Positions 11,900 to 21,780 of a stretch of 64,000 nucleotides of DNA are shown piece by piece. The stretch's first letter is position 1, and every line of letters starts with the position of its first letter. The position numbers were made by a program, and so were the translations under genes. The notes under the pieces are model-generated. The model was not told the DNA's origin and did not search any database. It saw only the letters and a program-made list of their open reading frames with translations. The stretch is from Malacoraja senta. Its lineage: Eukaryota. Location of the stretch: positions 11,596,001-11,660,000 of the forward strand of contig CM075993.1 in the NCBI GenBank assembly GCA_038087875.1. The letters run 5' to 3'.

Positions 11900-13700
11900 A
11901 AGAACATAGAACAGTACAGTACAGGAATGGGACCTTTAGCCCACAACGTTTGTGCCAAAAATGATGCCAAGTAAAACTGATCTCATTTGCCTGCACATGA
12001 TCCATATCCCTCGATTCCCTGCACTTCCATGTTCCTATCTAAAAGCCTTTTAAGCGTCACTATTGTATCTGCCTCCACCACCCCAGGCAATGCGTTCTAG
12101 GCCCATGCCACTCTCTGTGTAAAATACTTGCCTCACATATTTCTATTAAACAATTCCCTCTCACCTTTAAGCTATGTCCTCGAGTGATGGATATTTCCAC
12201 TCCAGGAAAAAAGTTCTGACTGTCTACCCTATCTATGCTTTTCATAATTTTATATACTTCTATCGTCTCTCCTCAACCTCCGATTTGCCAGAGAAAACTG
12301 TCTATCCAGTCTCTCCCCATTGCTGAAGCGTTCTATTTTCGGCAACATCCTGGTAAACCTCCACTGCACCCTCTCCAAAGCCTCCACATCTTTCCTGTAA
12401 TGTGGTGACCAGAACTGAACAAAATACTCCAAATGCTGCCTAACCAAATTCCAAGGAGATGCATGATGACTTCCTGACTCTTATATTCAATGACCCCAGC
12501 AATGAAGGCAACCATACCATAGGCCTTCTTTACCACCATACTGTATCTACTTGTGTTCCCACCTTTAGTGAACTATGAACTTGGACTCCAAGATCCCTCT
12601 ACACACCAATGCTGTTAGGGGTCTTGTCATTAACTATATACTCTCTCCTTACATTCAACCTCACAAAGTGCACTACCTTACATTTGCTCGGGTTAAACCA
12701 TCTACCATTTCTCTGCTTATTTCTGCAGCTGATCTTTATTCCACTGTATCTACATTCAGAAGCAGTCCAGGGCAGCACAATGAAGCAGCAGTAGAATTGC
12801 TGCCTTGCAACACCAGAGACCCAGTTTGATCCTGACTACGGGTGCTGTCTGTACGGAGTTTCATGGGTTTCACAGCATGGGTTTTCTTTGGGTGCTCCAG
12901 TTTCCTCCCAAACTCCAAAGATGTGCAAATTTGTAGGCGAATTGGGTTTGGGAAAATTGTAAATTGTCCCTAGTATGTGGGATAATGATAGTGTGCGGGG
13001 TGATTACTGGATGGTGCAGACTCGGTGGGCTGAAGGGCCTGCTTCCCCACTGTATCTCTAAAGTAAAGTGAACTATAGGTAAAGCATTCTTCACTGTCTG
13101 CAACACCTCCAATTTTGGTGTTGGCAGCAGACTTACTCACCAAGCCATCTACATTTACATCAAGGTCATTTATATATCACAAACAGTAGATGTCCCAGCA
13201 CAGATCCCTGCAGAACTCCACTGGTCACAGACCTCCAGCCAGAATATCTACCTACCACCACAACCTCCATTCTTCAATGAATAAGACAGTTCTGAATCTA
13301 GACAACCAAGTCATCATGATTCCCATACATCTTAATCTTATGGGTCAGTCTCCCATGAGACCCCTTATCAAAAGCCTTCCTAAAATCCAAATATACAACA
13401 TTCACCATCAATCTCCTTTGTCACCTCCTCAAAAAACTCAACCATGTTGGTGAGACGCCACTTGCCTTGTACAAAGCCCTGCTGGCGTTCCTTAATTAGC
13501 ACATTCTCTTCCAAATGGGAGTAAATACTATCTTGAAGAATTCTTTCCAATAGTTTCCCAACCACTGACCTATGGATCACCGGCCTACAATTTCCTGGAT
13601 TCTCTCTACTTTCCTTCTTAAATAAAGACAACATTTAGCAATTTTCCAGTCCTCCAGGACCTAACCTGTGGCTGGAGAAGAAACAGAGATCCTCGTCAAG
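11900..13700 (-). pseudogene. Degenerate CR1/HER1 ORF2 (RT region to 3' tail), split by an HE1 SINE
   Basis: Fragments LFKKESRENPGNCRPV..., VVKKAYGM, HLEYFVQFWSPHYRKDVEALERVQ in several minus-strand frames. Confidence 0.85.
12770..13070 (+). mobile_element. HE1 SINE
   Basis: Degenerate tRNA-like head, central TTTCCTCCCAAACTCCAAAGA domain, GGGCTGAAGGGCCTG tail. Confidence 0.8.
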
Positions 13701-15032
13701 AGATCCACGTCAATATGTAAATAAATCATATACTTGGCTTAATAAATATTTATGATCTGAATTTGCATGTGCAGGGTTTAGTTTCTACATTTGCAGATGA
13801 TATTGGCATGCAGAGAAACATATTGCAGTGAGAGGTTAGGTCTGTTTTGCACTACCATGGGTGGCTTAATTGCAGTGTTCAAAAGAGAGCTGGATTAAAA
13901 TCTGAAATGAAAATATTTGCAGGGCTACAGGAAAACAGGAGTGTGGAACTAATTAAATTGCTCACATAGAGCCAGCAAAGACTCAGTGGGGGAATAGCCT
14001 GCTTCCGTGCTGTCACCTTCCCAAGTGTAAATACAACATCAATGCACAGACAATTGCATTGCAATTTAGCACTTTAAATATCTGTGCCTAAATTGTTACA
14101 TTATTATTCAAAACCTTTTACACTTTGCCTTTGCGTTTCTGTGCCCTTTCATCTTAGTCCTCAGTCATTATAATCCAATGATATTGCTTGAAAATATAAT
14201 ACCTAGGCCCCATCAAAGCTTTATTCTATTAGAATATGTTGCCCAAAACCATATAGACTGGCAAGGTTCAATATGTCAGTTCAAGCTGCTAGTTGTGGTG
14301 TGGAATGTATGGGTGGTGGAGCAAAGATAAACAAAGCAGAATTCATTTCATACTAGAATATATGGAGATTGACCCAGAGCAATATCAATAAAAGTTCATC
14401 TCTGCTGCCGTGTAAGATGATGTAGCATGAAGGTACAATTATTTTCTCATTTAAATATTCATAAGATTCTGAAAAAGAAGGTGCTAAAAATGGATGACAA
14501 ATAATAGAATGTGCAACACGGTGTGAAATCACGACTTGCATCATGCTGACGCCCGCTCACAGCATGACCATGAACCTAAATCGGTCACATTATAAGTGAT
14601 AGCGTTTTAATGAGGGCAGAATCTACATTTTTTAAGCTGTTAGCCAGATTTAATGCGAAATAAATGAGGATTCTACAGACATGTTCTAATTACGTTAATA
14701 AACCTTTCAAAAAAGAATCTTGGCCCAGGACAAATTTCCCTTGGCATATTGAAGCCAGCCTTAAGAAAGCATCATGAGGTAAACAAAGATATAATGGTTT
14801 AAGAATATTTGGAATATCGGGCTGCCGTAGCGGCGACTGCAGAGGCCTCAATAGGCCCCGACCATGGGTGAACTGGGGATGGGACTGGACTTTGCTGCCT
14901 TCCCCCACAGTGGGAACCATTGTGGGGGGATATTTTTATGTTGTTGTTAAATTCTTGGATGTTATCTTTATTTGTGTGCTGCATGGCAAGTCAAATTTCA
15001 CTGCACCAATTGGTGTATGTGACAATAAATGT

Positions 15033-15035
<3 letters not shown>

Positions 15036-15068
<33 letters not shown>
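15036..15068 (+). repeat. (TCTA)n microsatellite ending a LINE-type 3' tail
   Basis: Follows GTGACAATAAA. Confidence 0.85.
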
Positions 15069-15097
15069 AAAAATGACTGATTGAATAACTGAACTAT

Positions 15098-15308
15098 TAC
15101 CTACCTCATTGGTGACCCTCGACAATCCTTGATCGAACTTTGCTGGCTTTAACTTGCACGAAACAATATTCACTTATCATGTATCTACACAATGTAAATG
15201 GCTCGATTGTAATCATGTTTTGTCTTTCTGCTGACTGGTTAGCACGCAACAAAAGCTTTTCACTATGCCTCGGTACACGTGACAATAAATTGAACTAAAC
15301 TGAAACTG
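15098..15308 (+). mobile_element. Repeated LINE-type 3' UTR fragment (also at ~27715-28090 and ~38180-38280 minus)
   Basis: Shared GATTGTAATCATG...AAAAGCTTTTCACT...CTCGGTACACGTGACAATAAA followed by a short-repeat tail. Confidence 0.65.
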
Positions 15309-15694
15309 ATTGCTGTCCTCAGAGGCACAGCTATATATTAAATGTCAGGATACATGTAATATTTTAACTTCTCATTTCTTAATATTTTCTTGTTTTGAAT
15401 AAATGTTCTTCAAATATCATTAAAGTCTGCATTGATATTAAAGGGAAGGTTGGAATAGCATCAATAAAAATACTGAGAGAGTAATCTTCCAGTCACTGTA
15501 GGTACCAAGTGAAACCAACAGTATGGATGAATCATAGTGAGAACCAGGAATATAGTTGATTAAAATATTAGTAGATTTTAGCTAATCAAAATGTTCAAAA
15601 TGCTTTGGGTCTAATGTGAATGAATTTTCAAGTCCATTCATTGTTATGTGGGAAATGCAACCATCAAGTGAGATGTAGGGAAGTCCCAAGGGCA

Positions 15695-16132
15695 ACAAGT
15701 TCACAAGTTATAGAAGTAGAATTAGGCCATTCAGCCCATCAAGTTTCCTCCGCCATTCAATCATGGCTGATCTCTGCTTCCTAATTCCATTTTCCAACCT
15801 TGACTCTTGACACCCATTCTAAACAAGAATTTGTCTATCTCTGCCTTAGAAATATCCACTGACTTGGCCTCCACAGCCCTCTATGGCAATGAGTTCCACA
15901 GATTAACTATCCTCTGACTAAAGAAATTCCCCCTCACCTCCTTTCTAAAAGACTGCCCTTTAATTCTGAGGCTATGACCTCTGGTCCTAGACTCTCGCAC
16001 CAATGGAAACATCCTTTCCACATCCACTCTATATTGTCTTTCATTATTCTGTAAGTTTCAATAAGGTCCCCCCTCAACCGTCTAAACTCCAGCAAGTAGA
16101 GGCCCAGTGCTGTGAAATGCTCATCATATGTC
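15695..16132 (-). mobile_element. CR1 LINE 3' fragment
   Basis: LGLYLLEFRRLRGDLIETYRIMK on the minus strand, with a CR1 3' hairpin and tail. Confidence 0.85.
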
Positions 16133-17624
16133 AACAAATGAGATGAAAACTTTTGAATGAGGGTGGAGAGGTGGGTGACCTGGTTGAATGGGAAATCTGC
16201 ATGATGAGATCCAGGAGAATGCGTCTCGAGTTTTATTTGCATGTTGGTATTCAGAATCTCACCTAAAATCAATGTGAATCAACAAGCAGCCAATAGATAG
16301 GAGAGGGATTTCAATAGGTAGACGCGAACAGTCCCCAGTCCGAATGAAAGTCATCAAGAAATTCATTACTAGCATTTAAATCAGGCAGAAATTAGAGGTT
16401 GGACAAACTTGGATCATTTTCCCTGGAGCATCGGAGGCTGAGGGAAATCTATTAGAGGCATAAATAGAATGGAAATTCAGAATCTTTACCCAGCGTGGAA
16501 ATGTCAAATACTAGAGGGATTAGCTATGTCAGGGCGAGAAAGTTTGTAAAAAGTAGGTGCCTGGAACTTTCTGCATAGGGTGGTGGTGGAAACAGATATG
16601 ATGGTGGCATTTAAGAGGCTCTTGGTTGCATGAATATGCAGGTATATGCAGTGATACAGAGCATATGCTGGCAGAAAGAATTAGCTTAACTAGGTATCAT
16701 GTCTGACACAGACATTGTGAGCAAGAGCCTGTAGCTGTGCTGTACTGTTCAATACACTCTGTTCAGAAGGGTCAGCCCAGGCAGGTGAGGTCTAAAGCAG
16801 GTTCCAAAGAGGAATCTCTGTTCATCGGATTCTGTAGAAGATACGTTAAAAATGATGTCAGCTTAGATTTGCTAGGTCATTTCTGATCCCAGTTTAACTT
16901 CCTGACAGGTTTGTTCTGGCAGGTTCTAGTTACAAATTGAAGTTCAAGCCTGGACAAGGCCCTAGTTGCATCATCCACTCATTTAAAGGTGGCAAATGTT
17001 GTCGATCTCAGCAGCCTCAATGACCAGGGGAACAAGGGGACTTGAAGGCTGTTGCCACGGAGGTTCGACATTTGAGTTTGTTGTTTTCTTCTAATATATG
17101 ATTTAGATGTAAATGTTAGAAACATAACAAGGCATTTCATAAATAATATAAAGTTTGGCTTTGTGATTGACATTGAGGAGTAAAACTTGAGACCATTGAA
17201 AGCTATAATCTGTTGTGTTGGATAGAAGCCTGACAAATAGAAGTTAATCCAGAGAAATGTGCGTCGATGCATTTGAGGAGGTGGTAACCAAGCAAGGGAA
17301 CATTTAATAAATGGGAAGAAAAATAAAAAGTTATTGGATTGTTTATCCAGAGATAGGTAGCAGACAGATGAATAAAAATACATAAGTAATACTTTCCTTT
17401 AATAACTACGCATAGAGCATAAGAACATGGGGTCATGTAGAACTGTATATAACACAGACTGTGAGGACAAAGCTTGATGATTTTGTACAATCACCACTTT
17501 ACAGGAATGACTGGAGAGCAAGCAAAGGAGATCTACAGAACGCTTTCAGGACTGGAAAATTGTGGTTGTGAGATAAGGTTGATAAGCGAGAGTTCTTTCC
17601 TATGGAACAGAGGAATTGAGGGCA

Positions 17625-17867
17625 GGCTTGTTGGGGAGCACTTCTGGTCCAGTGATCACAATACCATTAGTTTCAATATAATTATGGAGAGGGTCAGAAC
17701 TGGACCTAGGGTTGAGATTTTTGATTGGAGAAAGGCTAACTTTGAGGAGATGCGAAAGGATTTAAAAGGAGTGAATTGGGACGTGTTGTTTTATGGGAAG
17801 GATGTAGAAGAGAAATGGAGGACATTTAAAGGTGAAATTTTAAGAGTACAGAATCTTTATGTCCCTG
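17625..17867 (+). pseudogene. CR1 ORF2 fragment (end of endonuclease region), interrupted by the Penelope element
   Basis: GEHFWSSDHNTISFNI...FDWRKANFEEMRKDL. Confidence 0.85.
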
Positions 17868-17933
17868 GTACACAAAAAAATGCTGGAGAAACTCAGCGGG
17901 TGCAGCAGCATCTATGGAGCGAAGGAAATAGGT

Positions 17934-17961
17934 AACGTTTCGGGCCGAAACCCTTCTTCAG
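17934..17961 (-). ncRNA. Minimal type I hammerhead ribozyme motif in the Penelope 3' pLTR
   Basis: CTGAAGA-A-GGGT(TTCG)GCCC-GAAAC-GTT on the element's sense strand, about 115 nt after the stop codon. Confidence 0.72.
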
Positions 17962-18077
17962 ACTGATAGGGGGTGGGGAGAAGAAAGGAAAAAAGGAAAA
18001 GGAGGAGGAGGAGCCCGAGGGTTGGGGGAGGGGAGGAGACAACCAGATGGCTGATGAAGGGGAGGGGACAGCCAGGG

Positions 18078-20537
18078 CTAGCAGAATTGGGAGAATTCAA
18101 CGTTCAGGCCACCAGGGTGTAGACTGCCCAAGCGGAATATGAGGTGCATTTCCTCCAATTTACGGTGTTGCTCGCTGTGGCCATGGAGGAGACCCAGGAC
18201 AGAGAGGTCAGATACGGAATGGGAGGGGGAGTTGAAGTGCTGAGCCACCGGGAGTTCAGGTTGGTTATTGCGGACCGACCGGAGGTGTTCGGCGAAACGA
18301 TCGCCAAGCCTCCGCTTGGTCTCACCGATGTAGATCAGCTGGCATCTAGAGCAGCGAATGCAATAGATGAGGTTGGAGGAGATGCAGGTGAACCTCTGTC
18401 GCACCTGGAACGACTGCTTGGGTCCTGGAATGGAGTGGAGGGGGGAAGTGAAGGGACAAGTGTTGCATCTCTTGCGGTTGCAAGGGAAAGTACCAGGGGA
18501 GGGGGTGGTATGGGAGGGAAGGGAAGAATTGACAAGGGAGTTACGGAGGGAGCGGTCTTTGCGGAAGGCAGACATAGGGGGAGATGGGAAGATGTGGCGA
18601 GTGGTGGGGTCACGTTGGAGGTGGCGAAACTGACGGAGGATCACTTGTTGTATGTGACGGCTGGTGGGGTGAAAGGTGAGGACTAGGGGGACTCTGCCTT
18701 TGTTGTGAGTGGGGGGATGGGGAGAGAGAGCAGTGTTGCGGGGTATGGCAGAGACCCTGGTGCGAGCCTCATCTATGGTGGAGGAGGGGAACCCCCGTTC
18801 CCTGAAGAATGAGGACATTTCAGATGCCCTGGTGTGGAACGCCTCATCCTGGGAGCAGATGCGGCGTAGACGGAGGAATTGGGAGTGGGGGATGGAGTCC
18901 TTACAGGAAGCAGGGTGGGAAGAAGTGTAGTCCAGATAGCCATGGGAGTCGGTAGGTTTGTAGTGGATGTCGGTAAGGAGTCTATCACCTGCGATGGAGA
19001 TAGTGAGGTCAAGGAATGGTAGGGAAGTGTCGGAAATGGTCCAGGTGTATTTAAGTGCCGGATGGAAGTTGGTGGTGAAGCGGATGAAGTCAGTCAGTTG
19101 TGTGTGGGTGCAGGATGTGGCACCAAAACAATCATCGATGTAGCGGAGGTAGAGGTCGGGGATGGGGCCCTGGTACGCATTGAACAGGGATTGTTCTACG
19201 TACCCGACAAAGAGGCAGGCGTAGCTGGGGCCCATGCGTGTGCCCATAGCTACGCCTTGTATTTGGAGGAAATGGGAGGAGTCGAATGAAAAGTTATTAA
19301 GTGTAAGTACCAGCTCCGCTAGGCGGAGGAGGGTGTCAGTGGCCGGGTATAGATTGCTTCTACGGTCGAGGAAAAAACGGAGGGCTTTGAGACCATCCTG
19401 GTGGGGGATGGAGGTGTACAGTGACTGGACGTCCATGGTGAAGATGAGGGGGTGAGGGCCTAGAGAGTGGAATGCGCGGAGATGACGGAGAGTGTCTGAG
19501 GTGTCTTGAACATAGGTGGGGAGGGATTTAACCAAGGGGGATAGTATGGAGTCGAGGTAGGTGGAGATGAGTTCGGTGGGGCACGAACAGGCAGAGACAA
19601 TGGGTCTACCGGGACAGTCAGGTTTGTGGATTTTGGGGAGAAGGTAAAAGCGGGCTGTGCGGGGCTGGGGAACGATGAGGTTGGAGGCTCGTTCGGGCAG
19701 GGCGTGGGAGTGGATGAAGTTGGTGATGGTGCTGGAGATGGTGGCCTGGTGCTCGTCAGTGGGGTCATGGTCCAGGGGTAAGTAGGAAGAGGTGTCCGAG
19801 AGTTGGCGCGTGGCCTCAGCTTTGTAGAGGTCGACGCGCCAGACTACCACGGCACCTCCCTTGTCGGCGGGTTTGATAACCCAATCTAGGTTGTTGCGGA
19901 GTGAGTCGATGGCAGTGCGTTCAAGGGGGGAGAGATTGGAGTGAGACAGGGGAGTGGAGAAGTTGAGGCGGTGGATGTCACGGCGGCAGTTTTTAATAAA
20001 GAGTTCTAAAGCCGGAAGGCTGCGAGGGGGGTTCCATGAGGATGGGGTGCGTTGGAGACTGGAAAAGGGGTCATCAGTGGGGAGCGAGGACTGCTTCCCA
20101 TGGAAGTGAGCTGTGAGGCGGAGGCGACGGTAGAAGCGTTCCAAGTCATGGAGGGCACGGAACTCATTGAGATGGGGACGGAGGGGGACAAAGGTAAGAC
20201 CTCTGCTGAGGACAGACCGTTCGATGTCGGAGAGGGGGAGGTCGGGGGGGATGGTGAACACCCGGCAGGGATGGGGGTTGGGGCCGGAGGAAGGCAGGTG
20301 GGTGTAATGGGGACGAGGCGATGTGTGGTGGGGGGGTGGTGGGTGGTCAGGGGGTGGGGGGGTGAGAGGGCAGTGGTGTGGGTGTGGAAGAGAAGTGGTC
20401 CCATAGTTGGAGAGGGATGGGGAAGAATCAGTGGAACTGCCACTGAGATAACCAGGGCTAGGCAGACTAGCGCTAGGACCCAGTGGAGTCAAACCCCGGA
20501 GAGTGGGAGTGAACAGCGTGGAGGCTTCAGGCCCAGC
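18078..20537 (-). CDS. Penelope-like reverse transcriptase with C-terminal GIY-YIG endonuclease (5'-truncated, no native ATG)
   Basis: RT motifs IKPADKGG, YLLPKIHK, GRPIVS, MDVQSLYTSIP, GVAMG, YLRYIDD, LPFLD. Cys linker CNRKRCNTC. NLIYCIRCSRCQLIYIGETKRRLGDRFAEH. The frame is open upstream of the TTG at 20492 up to the junction. Confidence 0.93.
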   Translation of the reverse strand, partial: AGPEASTLFTPTLRGLTPLGPSASLPSPGYLSGSSTDSSPSLSNYGTTSLPHPHHCPLTPPPPDHPPPPHHTSPRPHYTHLPSSGPNPHPCRVFTIPPDLPLSDIERSVLSRGLTFVPLRPHLNEFRALHDLERFYRRLRLTAHFHGKQSSLPTDDPFSSLQRTPSSWNPPRSLPALELFIKNCRRDIHRLNFSTPLSHSNLSPLERTAIDSLRNNLDWVIKPADKGGAVVVWRVDLYKAEATRQLSDTSSYLPLDHDPTDEHQATISSTITNFIHSHALPERASNLIVPQPRTARFYLLPKIHKPDCPGRPIVSACSCPTELISTYLDSILSPLVKSLPTYVQDTSDTLRHLRAFHSLGPHPLIFTMDVQSLYTSIPHQDGLKALRFFLDRRSNLYPATDTLLRLAELVLTLNNFSFDSSHFLQIQGVAMGTRMGPSYACLFVGYVEQSLFNAYQGPIPDLYLRYIDDCFGATSCTHTQLTDFIRFTTNFHPALKYTWTISDTSLPFLDLTISIAGDRLLTDIHYKPTDSHGYLDYTSSHPASCKDSIPHSQFLRLRRICSQDEAFHTRASEMSSFFRERGFPSSTIDEARTRVSAIPRNTALSPHPPTHNKGRVPLVLTFHPTSRHIQQVILRQFRHLQRDPTTRHIFPSPPMSAFRKDRSLRNSLVNSSLPSHTTPSPGTFPCNRKRCNTCPFTSPLHSIPGPKQSFQVRQRFTCISSNLIYCIRCSRCQLIYIGETKRRLGDRFAEHLRSVRNNQPELPVAQHFNSPSHSVSDLSVLGLLHGHSEQHRKLEEMHLIFRLGSLHPGGLNVEFSQFC

Positions 20538-20591
20538 TAAACTAAACTAAAACTACTTTAAACTAAAGAGGAATGTGCTTCCAGCAGGGAG

Positions 20592-20928
20592 CTGCGGTTA
20601 CTGCTGGAACTGCAGATGCTGGAAAATCGAAGGTAGACAAAAGTGCTGGAGAAACTCAGCGGGTGCAGCTGCACCCACTGAGTTTCTCCAGCACTTTTGT
20701 CTACCTTCGAATTTCCAGCATCAGCAGTTCCTTCTTAAACACTTTGTCTACTCCACTGCGAAATCTCCTCAAGGTATGCCTACTTTGAAGAAGTTCTCCT
20801 CCTCCCTCCGAAGACAGATTTCTGAAGAAGGGTTTCTGCCCGAAACGTTACCTATTTCCTTCGCTCCATAGATGCTGCTGCACCCGCTGAGTTTCTCCAA
20901 CACTTTTGTCTACCTGCGGTTACTGCTG
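20592..20928 (+). mobile_element. 307 bp non-autonomous Penelope derivative with 15 bp TSD, 5' fold-back, tandem pLTR tail and hammerhead
   Basis: CTGCGGTTACTGCTG at 20592-20606 and 20914-20928. Hammerhead core at 20822-20849. Confidence 0.8.
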
Positions 20929-21044
20929 CTCTAAGAAGTTATTTCCATGTAAACCAGGTTTCTGTGGTATCTCTGGAGGTAAAGATCATAGACAAGAACA
21001 AGGGGCGGACACACAGATTCCAGTGGGGCAAACCTTCAGTTAAT

Positions 21045-21345
21045 TGATTGATTAAAAGATAAAGCAATGAAACAGACCCTTTAGCCCACAGAGTCCATGC
21101 TGACCGCTGATCACCTGTACACACCAGTTCTATGTTACCCCACTTTGACACCCACTCCCTACATACTAGGGGCAACTCACCTACAAACCTGTGCATCTTT
21201 GGGATGTGAGAGGAAAGCGGAGACCCATGTGGTCACAGGGTGCACGTGCAAACTCCACACAGACAGCTCCTGAGTTCACGATTGACCCCGGGTCTCTGGC
21301 GCTGCGGGGCAGCAGCTCTACCTGCCGCGCCACCGTGCCGCCCAA
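21045..21345 (-). mobile_element. HE1 SINE
   Basis: Reverse complement begins GGGCGGCACGGTGGCGCGGCAGGTAGAGCTGCTGCC. Confidence 0.85.
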
Positions 21346-21437
21346 CCAGCAGAATGAGCGCTGGGATTCTCCGCTGAAAGGTCAGGATGGCAGAAAACTT
21401 AGCTTCACCGGTCAAGGTTTCCCAAAAACCTTCAGCT

Positions 21438-21537
21438 GAAGATAGACACAAAAAGCTGGAGTAACTCAGCGGGACAGGCAGCATCTCGGGAGCGCGGGAA
21501 TGGGTGATGTTTCGGGTCGAGACCCTTCTTCAGACTG
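21438..21537 (-). mobile_element. Hammerhead mini-element
   Basis: Core at 21506-21533 (CTGAAGAAGGGTCTCGACCCGAAACATC) plus pLTR tail. Confidence 0.7.
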
Positions 21538-21780
21538 AGACTTGGATCCATCCATCAAATGGGAAAGTGATGAAGCATCTTTCTCACAAGACAAGACAAG
21601 CAGGCTGGAGCGGGGCAGGTTATTAGTGGGATAAGGTTACACACTCCTGCTATCAACAGATGTAGGAAACTAGGCCAACAGTGTGAAAATGGGATGTATG
21701 CTTTGTGGTGGCGGGAGCCAGGTGAAGTGTCGCTGGCAGCCCAGCGTGGGTCGTGTGCCTGATGCCACCCCATGTTCTTT

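Larger units (their letters stand above)
17867..20537 (-). mobile_element. Penelope-like retroelement (Neptune-like), 5'-truncated, young
   Basis: Single RT + GIY-YIG frame, pyrimidine-rich 3' UTR, hammerhead motif and pLTR tail. The 5' junction abuts a (CTAAA)n repeat. Confidence 0.93.

Noticed and set aside
18144..20540. Plus-strand ORFs overlapping the Penelope ORF (also 43000-43539 and the antisense ORFs of CR1 copies)
   Set aside because: Antisense shadows of GC-rich TE coding sequence with no independent motifs.
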